Shown: positions 1 through 12,817 of the stretch, piece after piece
Position numbering within the stretch: position 1 is the stretch's first letter
How the letters are laid out: each line of letters begins with the position of its first letter
Source: Balamuthia mandrillaris
Lineage: Eukaryota
Direction of reading: 5' to 3'
NCBI GenBank assembly: GCA_031835245.2
Contig: JAVKOQ020000047.1
Coordinates: forward strand, 186,001-250,000
DNA length: 64,000 bases
Made by a program: the position numbers and the translations under genes
Notes under the pieces: model-generated
Seen by the model: the letters and a program-made list of their open reading frames with translations, nothing else
Database searches by the model: none
Told to the model about the DNA's origin: nothing

Positions 1-872
1 ATCGAAGTGGAGGTCGGCGAGTTTGACGAGGTAACCAGCCAAAGGGAGGGCTGCGAGCTTCGCTTCTCTCACAGCAAGCACACAACGGCGGATCCGAGCG
101 GGTCTACTTTTGTTTTGGCTCTTTCTTTCTGCGTGAAACCGGATGTCGAAAGTATGGTTATTTTTTGTTGGTTTTGTTTTTAAAGTATCTTCTAACATTA
201 CTTTTTCTTGGGATAAATAGCATTTAGTTTGGGCGAGTTGTCTGGAAGCGTTAAAAACATCCTTGGTCTTGCTTCTGACAAACTGCATTACACTCTCAAA
301 AGTACGTTCTCTTTGCTTTGTTATCTTTTTTCCATTCTTCTCTTTTCTTATTTTTTTTTTCGGTTCTTTGAACACTAGGCTCTGTTTCTAGAGATGAAGA
401 GAAAGAAGATGCCCCGACTGTCTTCACTCTCACTCTGACGTTCACCAACGCCTCTCTTCGTGAACAACTCACTCACTTTCTCGACTATTACGATCCCAAG
501 CGCTTCAACGTTTCTCTCTCTTTTGATCAACGCCCTTCTTCTGCTTCGTCGTCGTCTTCTTCTTCTTCTACTTCCGAAGACTCCCTAAACGAAAAATTTA
601 TTCAGTTCAAGTTTTTGTGGGACAGCGTCACAACAAGAGACACTGTCCGTTTGTTTGAGAATCTGCTTCGCTCCCAAGTGGATGCCAAAGCTTTGACGCT
701 ATTGCGGGCCACGAAGCATCTTCGTTTTGGCATTGGCTTTGATGACATGACGGAGCTGCACGGAAAGGTTTTCAGTGGCCTACCAAATGAGTACAAGTTT
801 ATCAACTGGAACACCGTCACTGCCCTCATTCAAGATCCGTTGCGAGGGTATGTCTTTTCATTCTATCTTCTT

Positions 873-909
<37 letters not shown>

Positions 910-1155
910 CTGGTTCTTTCTTGGTTTCGTGTTGTCTCATTCTTTTGTTCTTTCTTGCTCACTTCCTCCTTTCGTTTTTCATCACACAGATTATTATCAA
1001 AGCAAGAACTGCCTCCACCCGTAAAAGAAACCTACAAAAAAGTACAAAACTACTTGGATGGTTTGCACAGCATCCGCCTCTCTGTTGGCGACCACGAGCT
1101 GCTCTTGCAATGTGACCACTTTGATGTCTTCACTTTGTTGCCCACATTAGACTAA
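1..1155 (+). CDS. 3' part of a spliced hypothetical protein (5' end outside window)
   Basis: Frame stays open across GT-AG introns at about 152-220, 302-378 and 849-989 (IEVEVGEFDEV...QDPLR/LLSKQELPPPVKETY...LLPTLD*). No family recognised. Confidence 0.6.
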
Positions 1156-1280
1156 AACCCTCCTTTGTTCTTCTTCTTCTTCTTCTTCTTCTTCTTCTTC
1201 TTCTTCTTCTTCGTCATCTTCCCTCCTTCTCCTCCTCCTCCTTCGTGTAGCTTATTTTAAAGAAAAACAAAAGCATTCGT

Positions 1281-1778
1281 TTATAGCTCTTTCAACTCGC
1301 TGAAAGTTCTCACCAGCTCCACAATGTTGGGGGTGTGCTTCCATCCCTCCTCGATGGCGTACCGCTCCACCACCTCCTCCGTCCTCCGATGCTTGATGCT
1401 CGCTCGGATCCACTCCTGCTCAAAGTGGGCGTGGTAGCAGCCCTCCTCGAACAGCGGCAGCTTCTGCCTGAAGTGGTGGTAGATGCAGTTGCTAAGGACG
1501 GTCTCCACCCGCAACCGCTCCCACACGTGGGCGCGAGCGGCGGAGAGGTCGGCGAAGGTTTGCACGGGCCAGACTCCGGCGGAGGAACCGTACCCGGAGG
1601 AGACCTCCACCGCGTAGGGACTGCGATCGGCTTCTTCCTCCTTCGTCGTCTTGTTTGTTTGCGGGAACGGATGCGGATGCTGCTTCTTCATCATCGTCGC
1701 GGTTGGCTGAGCTTCTTTCTTTTCATAGTTTCTTTCTTCCTTTAGTGTAGGTTCATGTTTGGTGGCTTCAATTGTCAT
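1281..1778 (-). CDS. Hypothetical protein, paralog of 1918-2343
   Basis: Intronless ORF. Its C-terminal ~110 aa align by eye with the neighbouring ORF (YAVEVSSGYGSSAGVW..FEEGC..EW..HTPNIVELVRTFSE). Confidence 0.7.
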   Translation of the reverse strand: MTIEATKHEPTLKEERNYEKKEAQPTATMMKKQHPHPFPQTNKTTKEEEADRSPYAVEVSSGYGSSAGVWPVQTFADLSAARAHVWERLRVETVLSNCIYHHFRQKLPLFEEGCYHAHFEQEWIRASIKHRRTEEVVERYAIEEGWKHTPNIVELVRTFSELKEL

Positions 1779-1917
1779 AGCGTTGCTCCACGTATCCACG
1801 GTGGGCTGAAAGGCACTGTGAAGAACGCGTTATAGCTGTCCCAAGAGGAATTGTGAAGCTCAGCCGTGGTTGTGCTCCTGTTGTGAGTGCTGGCGGGCCG
1901 TTTTCGCATCAGAGCTG

Positions 1918-2343
1918 CTATTCTACTACCGTTTGCGTTTTCTCATCCGCATCCTCATCGCTTGGTATGAGAGCAGTTTCGCTGTACGTCTTCACCAAGT
2001 CCAATAGGTTAGGGCTATGCACAAATCCCATGCCGATGGTGTATTCCTCCAAAATGTTTCCTGTGTCTCGGTCTTTCACCCTTGCCTCAAACCATTCCTC
2101 CTTGTAGTGGTCGCTGTTGCAGCACCCTTCCTCAAAGTGTGGGACCCTCTGCTTGTAGCGGTGATACATCCAGTTGGCAAAGACACTTTCGTGCCGCAAA
2201 TACTCCCACACTTGCCAGCGGGCGGAAGGCAGGTCCGGAAAGGTTTTGGGCTCCCAACAGCCGCATGAGGAACCGAAACCAGAGGAGGCCTCCACGATGT
2301 AGCCCGGTGGTTTCGCTTGTGGTCTCCTGCTTTGTTTCTTCAT
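1918..2343 (-). CDS. Hypothetical protein, paralog of 1281-1778
   Basis: Intronless ORF (YIVEASSGFGSSCGCW..FEEGC..EW..HSPNLLDLVKTYSE). Protein-level conservation with the neighbour supports coding. Confidence 0.7.
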   Translation of the reverse strand: MKKQSRRPQAKPPGYIVEASSGFGSSCGCWEPKTFPDLPSARWQVWEYLRHESVFANWMYHRYKQRVPHFEEGCCNSDHYKEEWFEARVKDRDTGNILEEYTIGMGFVHSPNLLDLVKTYSETALIPSDEDADEKTQTVVE

Positions 2344-2541
2344 GTTTATCTCCTCTATAGGTTTTTTTTTCTAAAAAAAGTTTTTTTCTGTATTTTAGTT
2401 TTTGTTTTCACATAATGTGAAACCGTTTAGTGAAAGAGCGATGCCCAACATGCGGTCGTGGCCTTCTTAAGTTCGCCTAGCGGAGTGTTGTTGTTCGAGA
2501 GGGTAGGAGAGGAACGCTCATTGGGTTGGTGTTGTGCATGT

Positions 2542-5524
2542 TCAATCGAACTCATCATTTGCCAAAAGAGGGGCGTACTCTGCTCCTTCTCCTCCCATCG
2601 AAAACTCCTCCCCTGAAAAGTTGACTGCGCCCAAGGAGGCCGAGAAGTCTTTCAGCTTTCTTCTCCGCCACACCACCGCCCCTGACATCACCAAGACCAC
2701 CGCGCAAATCGCCACACCCACGCTCACCGACACCGCCACCACCAGCTTCACATTCATTCCGCCGTCTTCGTCGCTTCTTGTGTCCACCAAGACTTGTACG
2801 TCCGGATCGTAAAACATGTGTTGGCCAAGGGGCATTCGGATCACCAGCCATTGTTGCCGCTCTTCTTCCTCTACTCTGGCAAATGCGGCTCTTTGCCTGC
2901 CATCCACCAAGCACACCTGCAACAAGCCCATGGTGACTTGAGTGTGGTTGGTGGTCCACACGCCTCTCGTACTAGTTCCACCTCCGTGCAAGAGAGAATG
3001 GTTGAGTTGTTGTGGTGTCAAAGCACCATCCAAGCTGTTCAGGCTCACCTTCATCTCCAACCATTTCGCCATCTCTTTCTTTTCTTCTGGTGTCCGTGTC
3101 CAATGTCCAGTAGGTGAAGAAGAAGCCGTGAGATTGGAAGGAGCCCATCCAGAGAACTTCACGCTCCATTTGTTGAACCCAGCACCCACCTTGAATGTGG
3201 TGTTGCCCACATAAAACTCCCTCTCTTCCTCCACCACCGTGAATGTCCATTCCACCCGCTTTCTGCCTTTCTCCATCGTTTTATCGTCCTCCATCTCCAA
3301 GAAAAAGCCAATTGTCCTCTCATCCAAGAAAGAGGATTGATAGCCAGAAGAAGGAAAACTCATGTTTCTTACCACCTGGCCTTTGTCGTCCAACTCTTTT
3401 ATGGAATGAAACACGAAATCCAAGCGGAGGTGATTTTGAGGATGGGCGCCTTGTTTCGGGACGAGTTGAAGGTTTGGGGTGTTGCCTGGGAACTGGCTGG
3501 CTGTCTCTCCTGCACCTGGATCGATCGTGGGCTTTGCTCCACTGTCTTCCAAGACAGCAGACCAAGAGACCAAAGGGAAGTTGTTGGGTGTAATGCTTTG
3601 GCACCCGATCTCCACTCTTGTTGCTACCAACGCTTGCTCGGAGGAGAGCCCAAAGCGGAAAGATGTCCAAGCGCTGGTGGACAAGTCACCAGCCTGGCAG
3701 AGCACGTGCTTAGCTGAGGTGGTATCTGTCAGAATGACGCATGCGTGTTTTGGTAAAGAACTAGAGAAGGTGGTGCCGGCGAGGGAGGAGTCATCGTTCA
3801 GACTGGTGAAGTTGAAGAAGCAGCCCACTTGGCGGGCCCATGAAGGTCCTTCACTCTTTGCCTCCACTGAGAAGTCATGGTGTTTCTGTTCCTTTGAAAT
3901 GGTCCAAAGTCAGCAAAAACAAAGGGAAAAAAAGGAAAGAAAATGAATGTAAATACCCTTTCAGTGGACATGTTGGAAGGAGAGAGCCATCGAACTTTCA
4001 TCGTTACATCTTTGCTGAAGGGCTTCACTTGCAACTGGCCTTTTGCTTTGGGCAGCACCTTCTTCAGCTCGTCCTTGCAATCCACCGAGAAATCCACCAC
4101 CGTATCCGCCAAAGAGGAGTCCGCAAGAACCTCAACCTGGCTGGCCACCACTTCTTTTGGCTTTACGTCCAGCGTGCATGAGAGTACATCTGGTGCGTAA
4201 ACGATGTGGCAAAAGGATCGAGTGAAGGGGTTTTGGATGATGGTAAGGTTTGGGGGAAAATGCCAAGCCATGCTGGTATTAAGGCTGGTGGACTGGCCAG
4301 CGTTGGACAGGTTGAAACCGATTGCAGTCAGTTCGCCAGGCACGATGACAGCATCAGTTTTATCTTTGGCGATAGTATTGGTGAGACAAAAAACAAACAC
4401 AAAGATAAACAAAAAGCAGACATACTGGTGAAAGAAAAAGCAAGTTGAATGTCTGGAGATGGCTCTGTGGCCATAGGGTCGGGCGCAATGTAACGTTCCA
4501 ACTCGTCGCCTGCTGTGTTGTTGCATGATGGCACCTCCACCGTTATTCTGTCTCGCACCGAGGGACCCAAAGGAATCGTCCGAAAAGCAAAGCTTTCTGC
4601 AAGCCAAAACACCTCACGTCAGAGAGCAACCTCTGAAAAGAGGATGAAGAATTGAAAAAAAAACAGAAAGAAGGAGCAGAAAAGAGCCTGGTACTCACCA
4701 ACGGTAGCAGGCGGCAAAGTGGTGTTTTGAAAGTTACAACGAATGGTGCCGTTCTGGCCATCTCGGCAAGTCGGCGGCAAGGCTCCACGATCTAACAGGG
4801 AGAGTGGTGCAAAGGAGACCAAACAATAGCCGTCTTGAACCGAAGAAGGCCCGCTGCTGGACACGTTGAAGGAGGGGTGCAGTACAGTGTGTTGACCAGG
4901 CACAAAAGATGGCGGAAGCTCGGCGGTGAAGTTGCTCGTGAGGTTAAACTTGGCGTGTATTTTAATGTCCAGAGCGTTGTTCTGAGAGGCTCCGCCGTCG
5001 GCAATGGTGTACCTTAGAGGTGTGGAAGGCTGAACGGCTGAGAGAGGCAGGTTGAAATGCCTCTGAGAAGAGATAATTGCCTCGCCGGCGCCGCTCACTA
5101 CACAGCGGTTCTTCTGGGTTTTGCAGTCAACTAAAAAGTTGGATGGAACCGTTGGTACAGAGAGATCTGTGCACACGGTCAACTGGTTAGAGAACAAAAA
5201 CAAAAAGCGGATGCAAAGAGAATGAACACAGAAACGCGAACCATCGGTGGCCCAAGCGTCAAACTCAGGATGCGAGAGAAGCGTCAGAACGCAAGGAGGT
5301 TCGCCAATTTGAGCAGCCCACACAGTAATGGCCAGGTTGAGGAGGAAGGGCTCGCCAGGGGCTGGGTCCTTCGGCACCGTGGAATAAGAATGTTGGCCAC
5401 ATGCCAAAGCGGTGACGCTGGTTACGCAGCAAGCGAGCAGGCAAGAGAGAAGGAGAACCGGTGGTAACACGCAAGAAGGGGAAAGTCCAGGGAGGGAAGA
5501 CCTGCAGCAAACCCGTTCCTTCAT
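2542..5524 (-). CDS. Spliced type I membrane/surface protein with ComC-supersandwich-like C-terminal domain
   Basis: N-terminal hydrophobic signal, Cys-containing ectodomain across several exons, FHSIKELDDKG...KWS...YDPDVQVL, then a TM helix (VVAVSVSVGVAICAVVLVMSGAVVW) followed by RRRK. Confidence 0.7.
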
Positions 5525-6156
5525 GCTTTGCGTCGTCTTTGTCTTCTTTTATGTCTGCTAATTACTTGTAGAGTTAATTTGGTGGTTGGCCACTAACTTA
5601 GGGATCCGAAGGGTCGGAAACAGGATACACAAGCAGAAAAACAACCCAACACCTACCCACTGGGACTGTGGACGACTCAACAACGAATCGCTAGTACCGT
5701 ATGATTCACTCTCTTGCCAAGTCCACTATCTCCCAAGACCTCCTCTTCACTAGTCTAGAAGTGGCCAACAACTGTCTTCCGTACGAGCTTTTAAACCTGC
5801 CAACCAAGCCCAAGCAACCATGCCTCCTCTTTTGCATTGCAACCAAAAAAAAAAAACTCCATGAGACGACTTCTTTCTGTTTCAGCTGAGAGACACCCTT
5901 TGCCCGGTCCAAGCCAAGCTCCAGGACAGAAAGAGAGAGCAGAGCGGAGCAGTTTGTTGTTGCTCTCTGAAGGGGTGTTTCGGTGCATCCCCCCCTCGTC
6001 GGCAAAAAATCGATTTGATTCTTAGCGTCGTCACGATACATGACTTTTCAGTCGACGAAAAATCTTTTTTTCGTGTCGTCAAAAAAAGATTTTTCCTCGT
6101 GTCGTGTTCGAAAAATCTTAATTTCGTGTCGTCACGAAAATTTCCCAGGCTCCTGT

Positions 6157-8092
6157 ATGTTGCCGGCGGTGAGGAGGGCTGCTTGGACGACGGCGGGACG
6201 TAACGGCATGCATACCCCATTCTTGTTGTTGGGCCGCGGGACCCCTGCGCTCCTGAGCAGGGGTGGAAGAAGCAGCAGCGCCAGCCACGTGGCTGGGTCC
6301 TCGTGGAGCGGCAGCTGCGCTCGGACCAAGAGCCTGCTGCTGGGGTGGTCCACAAGAGGGTATGCTGCCACCACGACGAAAAGCTTAAGGACAGGCAGCA
6401 GCCACGCCTCTTCTTCGGCTTCTTCCTCACGCTCAAACGTGTTGGGCGTTCCCACCCCAGCGTACAAGGAGTTCCTTGCTTCTCTTTTTGCTGCTCCTTC
6501 GCCTCAATTTCTCGGCTCCTCTTCTGCTGCTGCTGCTCAGCCAGCGATAACCACTTTGGACATGCACACCGAGGGAGAGCCTTTGCGCATCGTGTTGAGC
6601 GGACTAGAGGAGCTTCTTCCTTTTGACATGCAGGGCACCATGCTGCAGCGTAGACGTTTTGTCCAACAGAACCTGGACCACCTTCGTCGTTGCCTCATGT
6701 GGGAGCCTCGTGGCCATAGGTTTCTCTCTTCTCTCTCTCACTCTTTCTTCTCCTCTGTTATGTTGTTTGTTCTGCTGTGCTCTGTTCTTCGTCACCTTTT
6801 GTCTTTCGACTCAAGCTCACTCTTCTTCCTCGATAGAGACATGTATGGATGTCTTTTGTTTTCTCCAGAGAGACCGGACTCTGATGTTGGCGTTTTGTTC
6901 CTCCACAATGAGGGACTCAGCTCCATGTGTGGCCACGGCATCATTGCTCTGACCAAAGCCATCGTAGAGCTTCGTCTTGCTCATTCTTCTTTTTCGTCTT
7001 CTTTGTCCTCTTCGTCTTCTTCTTTTCAAGAACTGCGCATAGACACTCCTGCTGGACTCGTTGTGGCAAAAGCATGGCTCGAAGATTCCAAACCAGCTTC
7101 CTCATCCTCACCAGTTTCGACAAGCAAGCAAGTGAAACGAGTAACATTCGAGAACGTACCGTCCTTTGCGTATCGGTTGGACGTTCCCGTTTGGGTGCCT
7201 GAACTGGAAAGAGAAGTGCGCGTGGACATAGGATGGGGTGGTGCCTTCTATGCGTACGTGCAGGAGGATCAGCTGTGGAAGTGTGAAGAAGGAGGTAAGC
7301 CTCGCGAAGCGTCAGACTACCGTTTGCTTGGAATGGCAGTGAAGCGAGCTGTCATGCAACAAGTGGAGCTTGTTCACCCATTTGAACAAGATCTCAGTTT
7401 GCTTTATGGTACATTGCCTCTGCTCTTCTTCTCCTTATCTCTTTGCTTCTCCGGTTTCTCAGTAAAAACATGAAACCAAAGGAACCATCATTGTGGGGAA
7501 AGGACAAGCGGCAGGCTCTCACAGCAAAAACGTGTGCATCTTTGCTGATGGAGAGGTTGATCGCTGTCCCACCGGTACTTTCTTGCTCAGCTCTGTTCTT
7601 ATTCGTTGTTCACCGTGTGTTCCTCCGTTTCATTCCGATGAATAACAGGCACGGGAGTAAGCGGACGGTTGGCTCTTCATCACGCAAAGAACGAATTGTC
7701 TGTTGGTGAAACGATTGTGATAGAGAGCATACTTGGCACCACTTTTACTGGTTTTCTTTCTTCTTCACTTTTTTCGTCTTACCCCGCTAATCCCTGCTCC
7801 ATTTCTCCCATGAGATGCATCTCCTCTCTCCTAGCTTCTAACTTCTCTCCTTTCTCATCTCTTCACTCGCGTGTATCAAAACATAGGGAGGGTAGTGAAG
7901 GAAACTCAGTTTGGTTCGTTTAAAGCCATCATCCCGGAAGTCGGTGGAAGAGGTTCAGTACAGAAATCAGTTTTAACGTTTTCCGTTAAGCAATCTCTCA
8001 CCACTTTAAACAATGCAGCTTTTGTGACAGGATTCAACAAGTGGGTGATAGATCCTGATGATCCGTTGCGATATGGCTTTATTCTTTCATGA
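6157..8092 (+). CDS. Proline racemase family, probable trans-3-hydroxy-L-proline dehydratase (L3HYPDH-like)
   Basis: Motifs DMHTEGEPLRIV, EPRGH/DMYG, HNEGLSSMCGHG, IDTPAG, VDIGWGGAFY, FADGEVDRCPTG/TGVSGR and DPDDPLRYGF across introns. Arg/Ser-rich N-terminal extension. Confidence 0.88.
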
Positions 8093-8175
8093 ACATCGTT
8101 TCTTCTGCAGAAGAAAACGAGGTGAGTTCTGCATGTTCTTTGCTTTTTGGGTTGTGCACCTTTTAGAACAAGATT

Positions 8176-8852
8176 TTATAGATTCTTGCTCTTCTGGTTG
8201 AGGACCCACAATTTGTAGTTTAGCCAGGAAGCAAAGCTGACCCATCCCAAGTAAGGTACCAACAACAATCCTGCTGTCTTATCCACTTGATGGCTTTTAT
8301 TGTATTTTTTTTTTTTTGTTTAGAGCGAAAAGAGAGGGAGAGAGAGAGAACGAGAAAACGAGAGACGCCACTTACAATAGAGCAACCGTTCCAGCCAAAC
8401 TCACCCACAAAGCGCCAATATCCACTAACGCCAAGTCCATGCGCTTTGCCCCAAAGAAAAGGCCGCTCCAAGCAAAGTTGAAACCCAGTTGGGCAGCATA
8501 GGCTCCCAACGCAAGACCCTGTTGCTCAAAGCCGCCTTGTCTCCACACCAAGTAGGATGCATACCCCATCGAAGCCTGCACAGCAAAGGCTCAGCTCTTC
8601 AAAAAAGTAGAGGAAGAAGAAGACAAGGCAAAGAACAACAACAACACTAAAATAAATGTGTACGTAGAGTGCAGTCCAAACAGGCCCAAAGACCCAATTG
8701 GGAGGTGTCAAATAGGGCTTCTTCAACGCTTTGTACCAACCATTGCTCTCCCCCTTCGCCGCCCTGGGAGAGAAGAGGTAGCCGCCCACCAGACCGCCCA
8801 CCACCGGCAAGGCGACAGCCAGGCCAAGAGTGAAGCCTTGCCTCTCCTCCAT
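8176..8852 (-). CDS. TSPO: TspO/MBR family translocator protein
   Basis: [39 protein letters not shown] and [18 protein letters not shown] in three exons. Confidence 0.93.
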
Positions 8853-9155
8853 TCTTGCTATGTTTTTTTTTTTTTTTTGAATGTTCTGCTACGCTGCGAA
8901 ACTGCAACGCTTCAACTTGGATAGCATGACGCACACATTCACCGACAGGACGTCAGCACCGTACGATAATTTTTGAATGTCGACAAATAATCGTTGGGAT
9001 ACGGATTATCGGCAATTCTGATTCAAATTGGAAGATCGTTTTCTGATTCTCTTCCACCGGCTGGGATTATTTGTCGACAATCTATTTCGATTAATTAACA
9101 ACAATCGTTTGTAGCGAAAAGTTTATCGTTTTGCTGCACGGCTGCTGGTGTGGTG

Positions 9156-11924
9156 ATGAGCGCGAACACATGTTTGGTCGTTGGTCTGGTCGTGTTGGTT
9201 TGGTTGCGCGGCTCTGCCTGGGCGACAACCGGTGAGAAGAATGACCGGTTTTTTTTTGGTTTTATGGCTCTCCTTTAGCAAGGGCTTACCATTGTTACCC
9301 TTATTGCAGGTTACTTTTCGCCTGATGGTGCAGGGTCTGCATGTCTCGAAACGAACCCGTGCAACAACCCTTTTACGGTGGCCATTGAGTTTGACGAGTA
9401 TATTCTTGCCGCCGGAGAGTATAACATGACAGCAACTGTGGAACTTGACAGAGACATTACATACAGGTTTTTTCGACCTCCTGTTTTCACTTTGTCTTTT
9501 CTTCTGTTTTGCCAGTTTAAAACCTTCTTTGCTCGATCTTCCTCTTCTTTTTTTGACAAAAAAAAACTTTAAACGCTTGTTCTTCTGTAATAGAGGAAGA
9601 GACGGAGACCAACCAGCAGTGATAAAAGGAGCGTCTGATTCCGAGCCTTGTTTCAGCCTTAATCATGTAAACAGTGTCTCCTACAGCCTCAGCTTCCACC
9701 ATCTGGTTATTGAATGTCCCACCGACGCTGCTTTCCTTTTACGCCCATCCCACCCCATAAATGTGGAGTTGAGAGACGTGGTCATTCGAAACTCCTTTGG
9801 TGGCTTCTTTCTCAGCGTCCCGGATACTGGGGAATACGAGGTAAGCTCGTTGAAGATGACGAATGTACAAGTGAGAAACACTCAATGTGGAGCACCTGAG
9901 TGGAGTGGTTTGTACAATGGGGTTGTTTAGTCTCTATGAATGTACACTGATACTGCATGACCCTTTTCTTCTTCTACAGAGCCAATGATACTAATCAGCG
10001 TTGATTGGACATTTTACAAAGTTTCGTTTATTGATAACTGTGTTAAGAATACTGATACAAGTGAGTTGTTTTACTTGTTTGCGTTTTCTTCCATGCTAAC
10101 CTTAGCATATCCTGTAATATTCAGTGATAGCAGTGGTGCAGGACTGCAATGTTACAAGCAGCGGTGGCACACTTCTCTTTCAAGGCAATGGTGGAGAATA
10201 TGTTCTTAGGCTACAAGAACACACCACTTTTACCATGTATGGCGCAGATATGCTATTTGAAAATAATACAGCACTTACGTTAGGTTCGTTAAAGTTGCTT
10301 GCTTTTTTTTGTTTCTATTTTTCTTTGCTTTGTCTTCATTTGCTTATAAACTTTTTTTAACGTTTTATGGGCAGCAAGCTTGGAGGATCAGAGCTCATTG
10401 CGAACAAATGGGGTGCTCTCTTTCAAATCCAACTCCGTTGCGAACCAGTTGCTGTATTTCCGAAATGGGTCGGCCCTTCATAGTCTTCTTCCCATTCAAC
10501 TCCAAGGAAATAATGACAAGCCCTTGCTTGTCGTTGAACGTCCAGATTTCTCGGAGGTGTGCATCACTCCATGCGAAGAGGATGCGCCAATCTGTGATTG
10601 CAACCACCTGCCTCTCCTTTCATGGAGCATTCCATCAATTTCCCTGCAACTACCTCCTTCCAGCATGCTTGAACTTCCTCTTCTTAGCTCTTTTCCCCCC
10701 AATGATATGGATTTGCAGCTCTCCTTGGAGCTATCTGACGGGCTTGTTTACGGACAACACTTCACCACACAACCTCCTCCGGCTAATCCAAATCGTGCTT
10801 CTGTGATGAACGTGTCAATGGAGATTCCTGCATTTGCGGTGGACGCTCAGTTAAACATCATCCAGGCAAATGCCTTACTGCAAGAAGAAGCCATCACCAT
10901 CCGAGTGGCGCCCAACTTCTGGAGTGACTCTTTCTTCGTAAATATGACCTTCATTCAAGTCTCCATCCAACCATCCCCTTCTCCAAGCTATCAACCTGAC
11001 CAAGCCACCGTCTTGGTTACCTTTCCCGATCCTACAAAACCAGACCACACTCTTTCTCTCCTTGATCCACAAGATGACAACCAAACTCTGACTAACCGCT
11101 CTGTCTCCGCTCAGTTCGCTACGTTGATGGAGGTTGATGAAGACGGAGAAGTTGTTGCTATGGTGTTTTTGAAGGAAACCGAGTTCGAGGCAAAGGAGTT
11201 CGACAACATTACGTTCAACCTCAACAATGCTCTTCCGTTCTTCTCCTTCTCCACCAATATCACCGCTCTGACAACGTACATTGGAAACGGAGAAGAAACA
11301 ACGAAAACAAACCTGACAGAGAGCATCATAATGGAAGTGGAGTTCACCATGTTCGTGGAAGAGCAAGTGGTCTCTTTTGCAGGGGTGGAGCAGGTCATGG
11401 GGGCCAACACCCTCAAGTGGAGTTTATTGCTATCCTCTTGGCCCTTCCAACACCCCACCCATTCCTTGGAGCTGCATCTCTTCCTCTCCAGCGAGGATGG
11501 ACCCATCTCTCGGCTATCCGAAGAGCAATCAGGAGAAACCCAAGCGTGGATGCTGAAGCTTGGGACAGAGAACACTGAGATCCCGGTGAACGTCCTGCCC
11601 TTGGCTCTTCTTCTTAATGAACATAACGACGAGCAACAGGTGAGGGTGAGCGCGGAATGGAAGGCAGAAGAGCAGGAGTTGATGATCCGTTTGCCTTGGT
11701 TCGGCCAAGGCTCCTTGTTATTGGATCCCGACATGTCGTTGCTGGTGGCGGAGGAATCAACGGAAGAAGACGATGAGGATGATGGGCTATGGTGGAAGGT
11801 CACCGTCCCGGTGGTATTGGTTGTCTTCCTGGTGGCAGGCGCGGCGGTGGTGGCGGTGGTCGTGTTCGTGCAAAAGAAGCAGAGCCGCAGGACCATCAAC
11901 CAACGCTCCCACGTCAACTATTAA
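9156..11924 (+). CDS. Spliced type I membrane/surface protein with pectin-lyase-like N-terminus and ComC-supersandwich-like C-terminal domain
   Basis: Signal peptide MSANTCLVVGLVVLVWLRGSAWA; YFSPDGAG..CLETNPC; later FATLMEVDEDG, SFAG..KWSLLLSSWPF, LLDPDMSLL, then a TM helix and basic tail. Confidence 0.75.
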
Positions 11925-12068
11925 ACCTTCATCCCCTTCACGAATGGTTCTTTTTCTGGGTGTATATTGGATTATATATAAAAAGACTTATATTAAAAGA
12001 ATAACAGGCGAAAAGCGAAGAAGGATTTGAAACGACAGCAGAGACCTTCACGACAAGAAACAACGACG

Positions 12069-12582
12069 ATGGGCAATATTTTCGGTGCGCCTGCTTTACG
12101 CTCTAAACCATGTTCGTTAGTTCCAAGCTTCTCTTTTTTCGTTTGTTTGGGGATGAGACGTCCAAACATGCTTTTCATCTTAACATTATAGGGAGAAGGA
12201 GCTCCTACTTCACCCTTGTGGACTTCCATATGCGTTGGAGCGACTTTGGGTCCATACTCTTCATGAACGGGCAGGAGGAGCTCTTTGATCTGGGCTGCGT
12301 CTACTGCGACGCCGCCAACCCAACCTCCGTGGAAGAGCTCTTCCACCTTTCTGATACCGACCAAGGTTAGCGGAGGAGAGGAGGGGTTTCCAGTTCGGTT
12401 TTTTTTCTCATCCTTTGTAACAAGGATACGCTATTCAAGTATGGGCTGGGAAAGAACCCGAGGATCCGTACGTCTACATAGAGCATGGCCCGGAGGTGTG
12501 CACCTTTGACGCCTGGTACCGGGTTCCTATCCCCATCTTTCGTCATGCATTTGCCAACCTGGGAACACCGCCATCCTCCTGA
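12069..12582 (+). CDS. Small three-exon hypothetical protein, possibly N-myristoylated; paralog of 12818-13437
   Basis: MGNIFG/RRSSYFTLVDF...EELFDLG...SVEELFHLSDTDQG/YAIQ...YVYIEHG...WYRVPIPIFRHAFANL; splice phases are consistent. Confidence 0.7.
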
Positions 12583-12817
12583 AGAAAAAAGAACAAGAGG
12601 AGGGACAGCAGCGAAAGCATAGGTCGAGAGGACAAAAGACTAGAAAGCAGGGAGAGAGAGAGAGAGAGAGAGAGCTTTGCGCGAGCGAGCGAAAGAGAGA
12701 AGAGAGCAGAGAACGAAGGACAAAACAAGAGAACGGGAAGAGCGGAGTGAGAGCTGTAAATAAAGCATTACTATAATAATTAATAAAAAAAAGAAAGAAG
12801 TACAAAACAAACCGGGA

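Noticed and set aside
5560..6041. Short overlapping ORFs between the surface-protein and dehydratase genes
   Set aside because: No motifs or consistent splice structure; probably intergenic.
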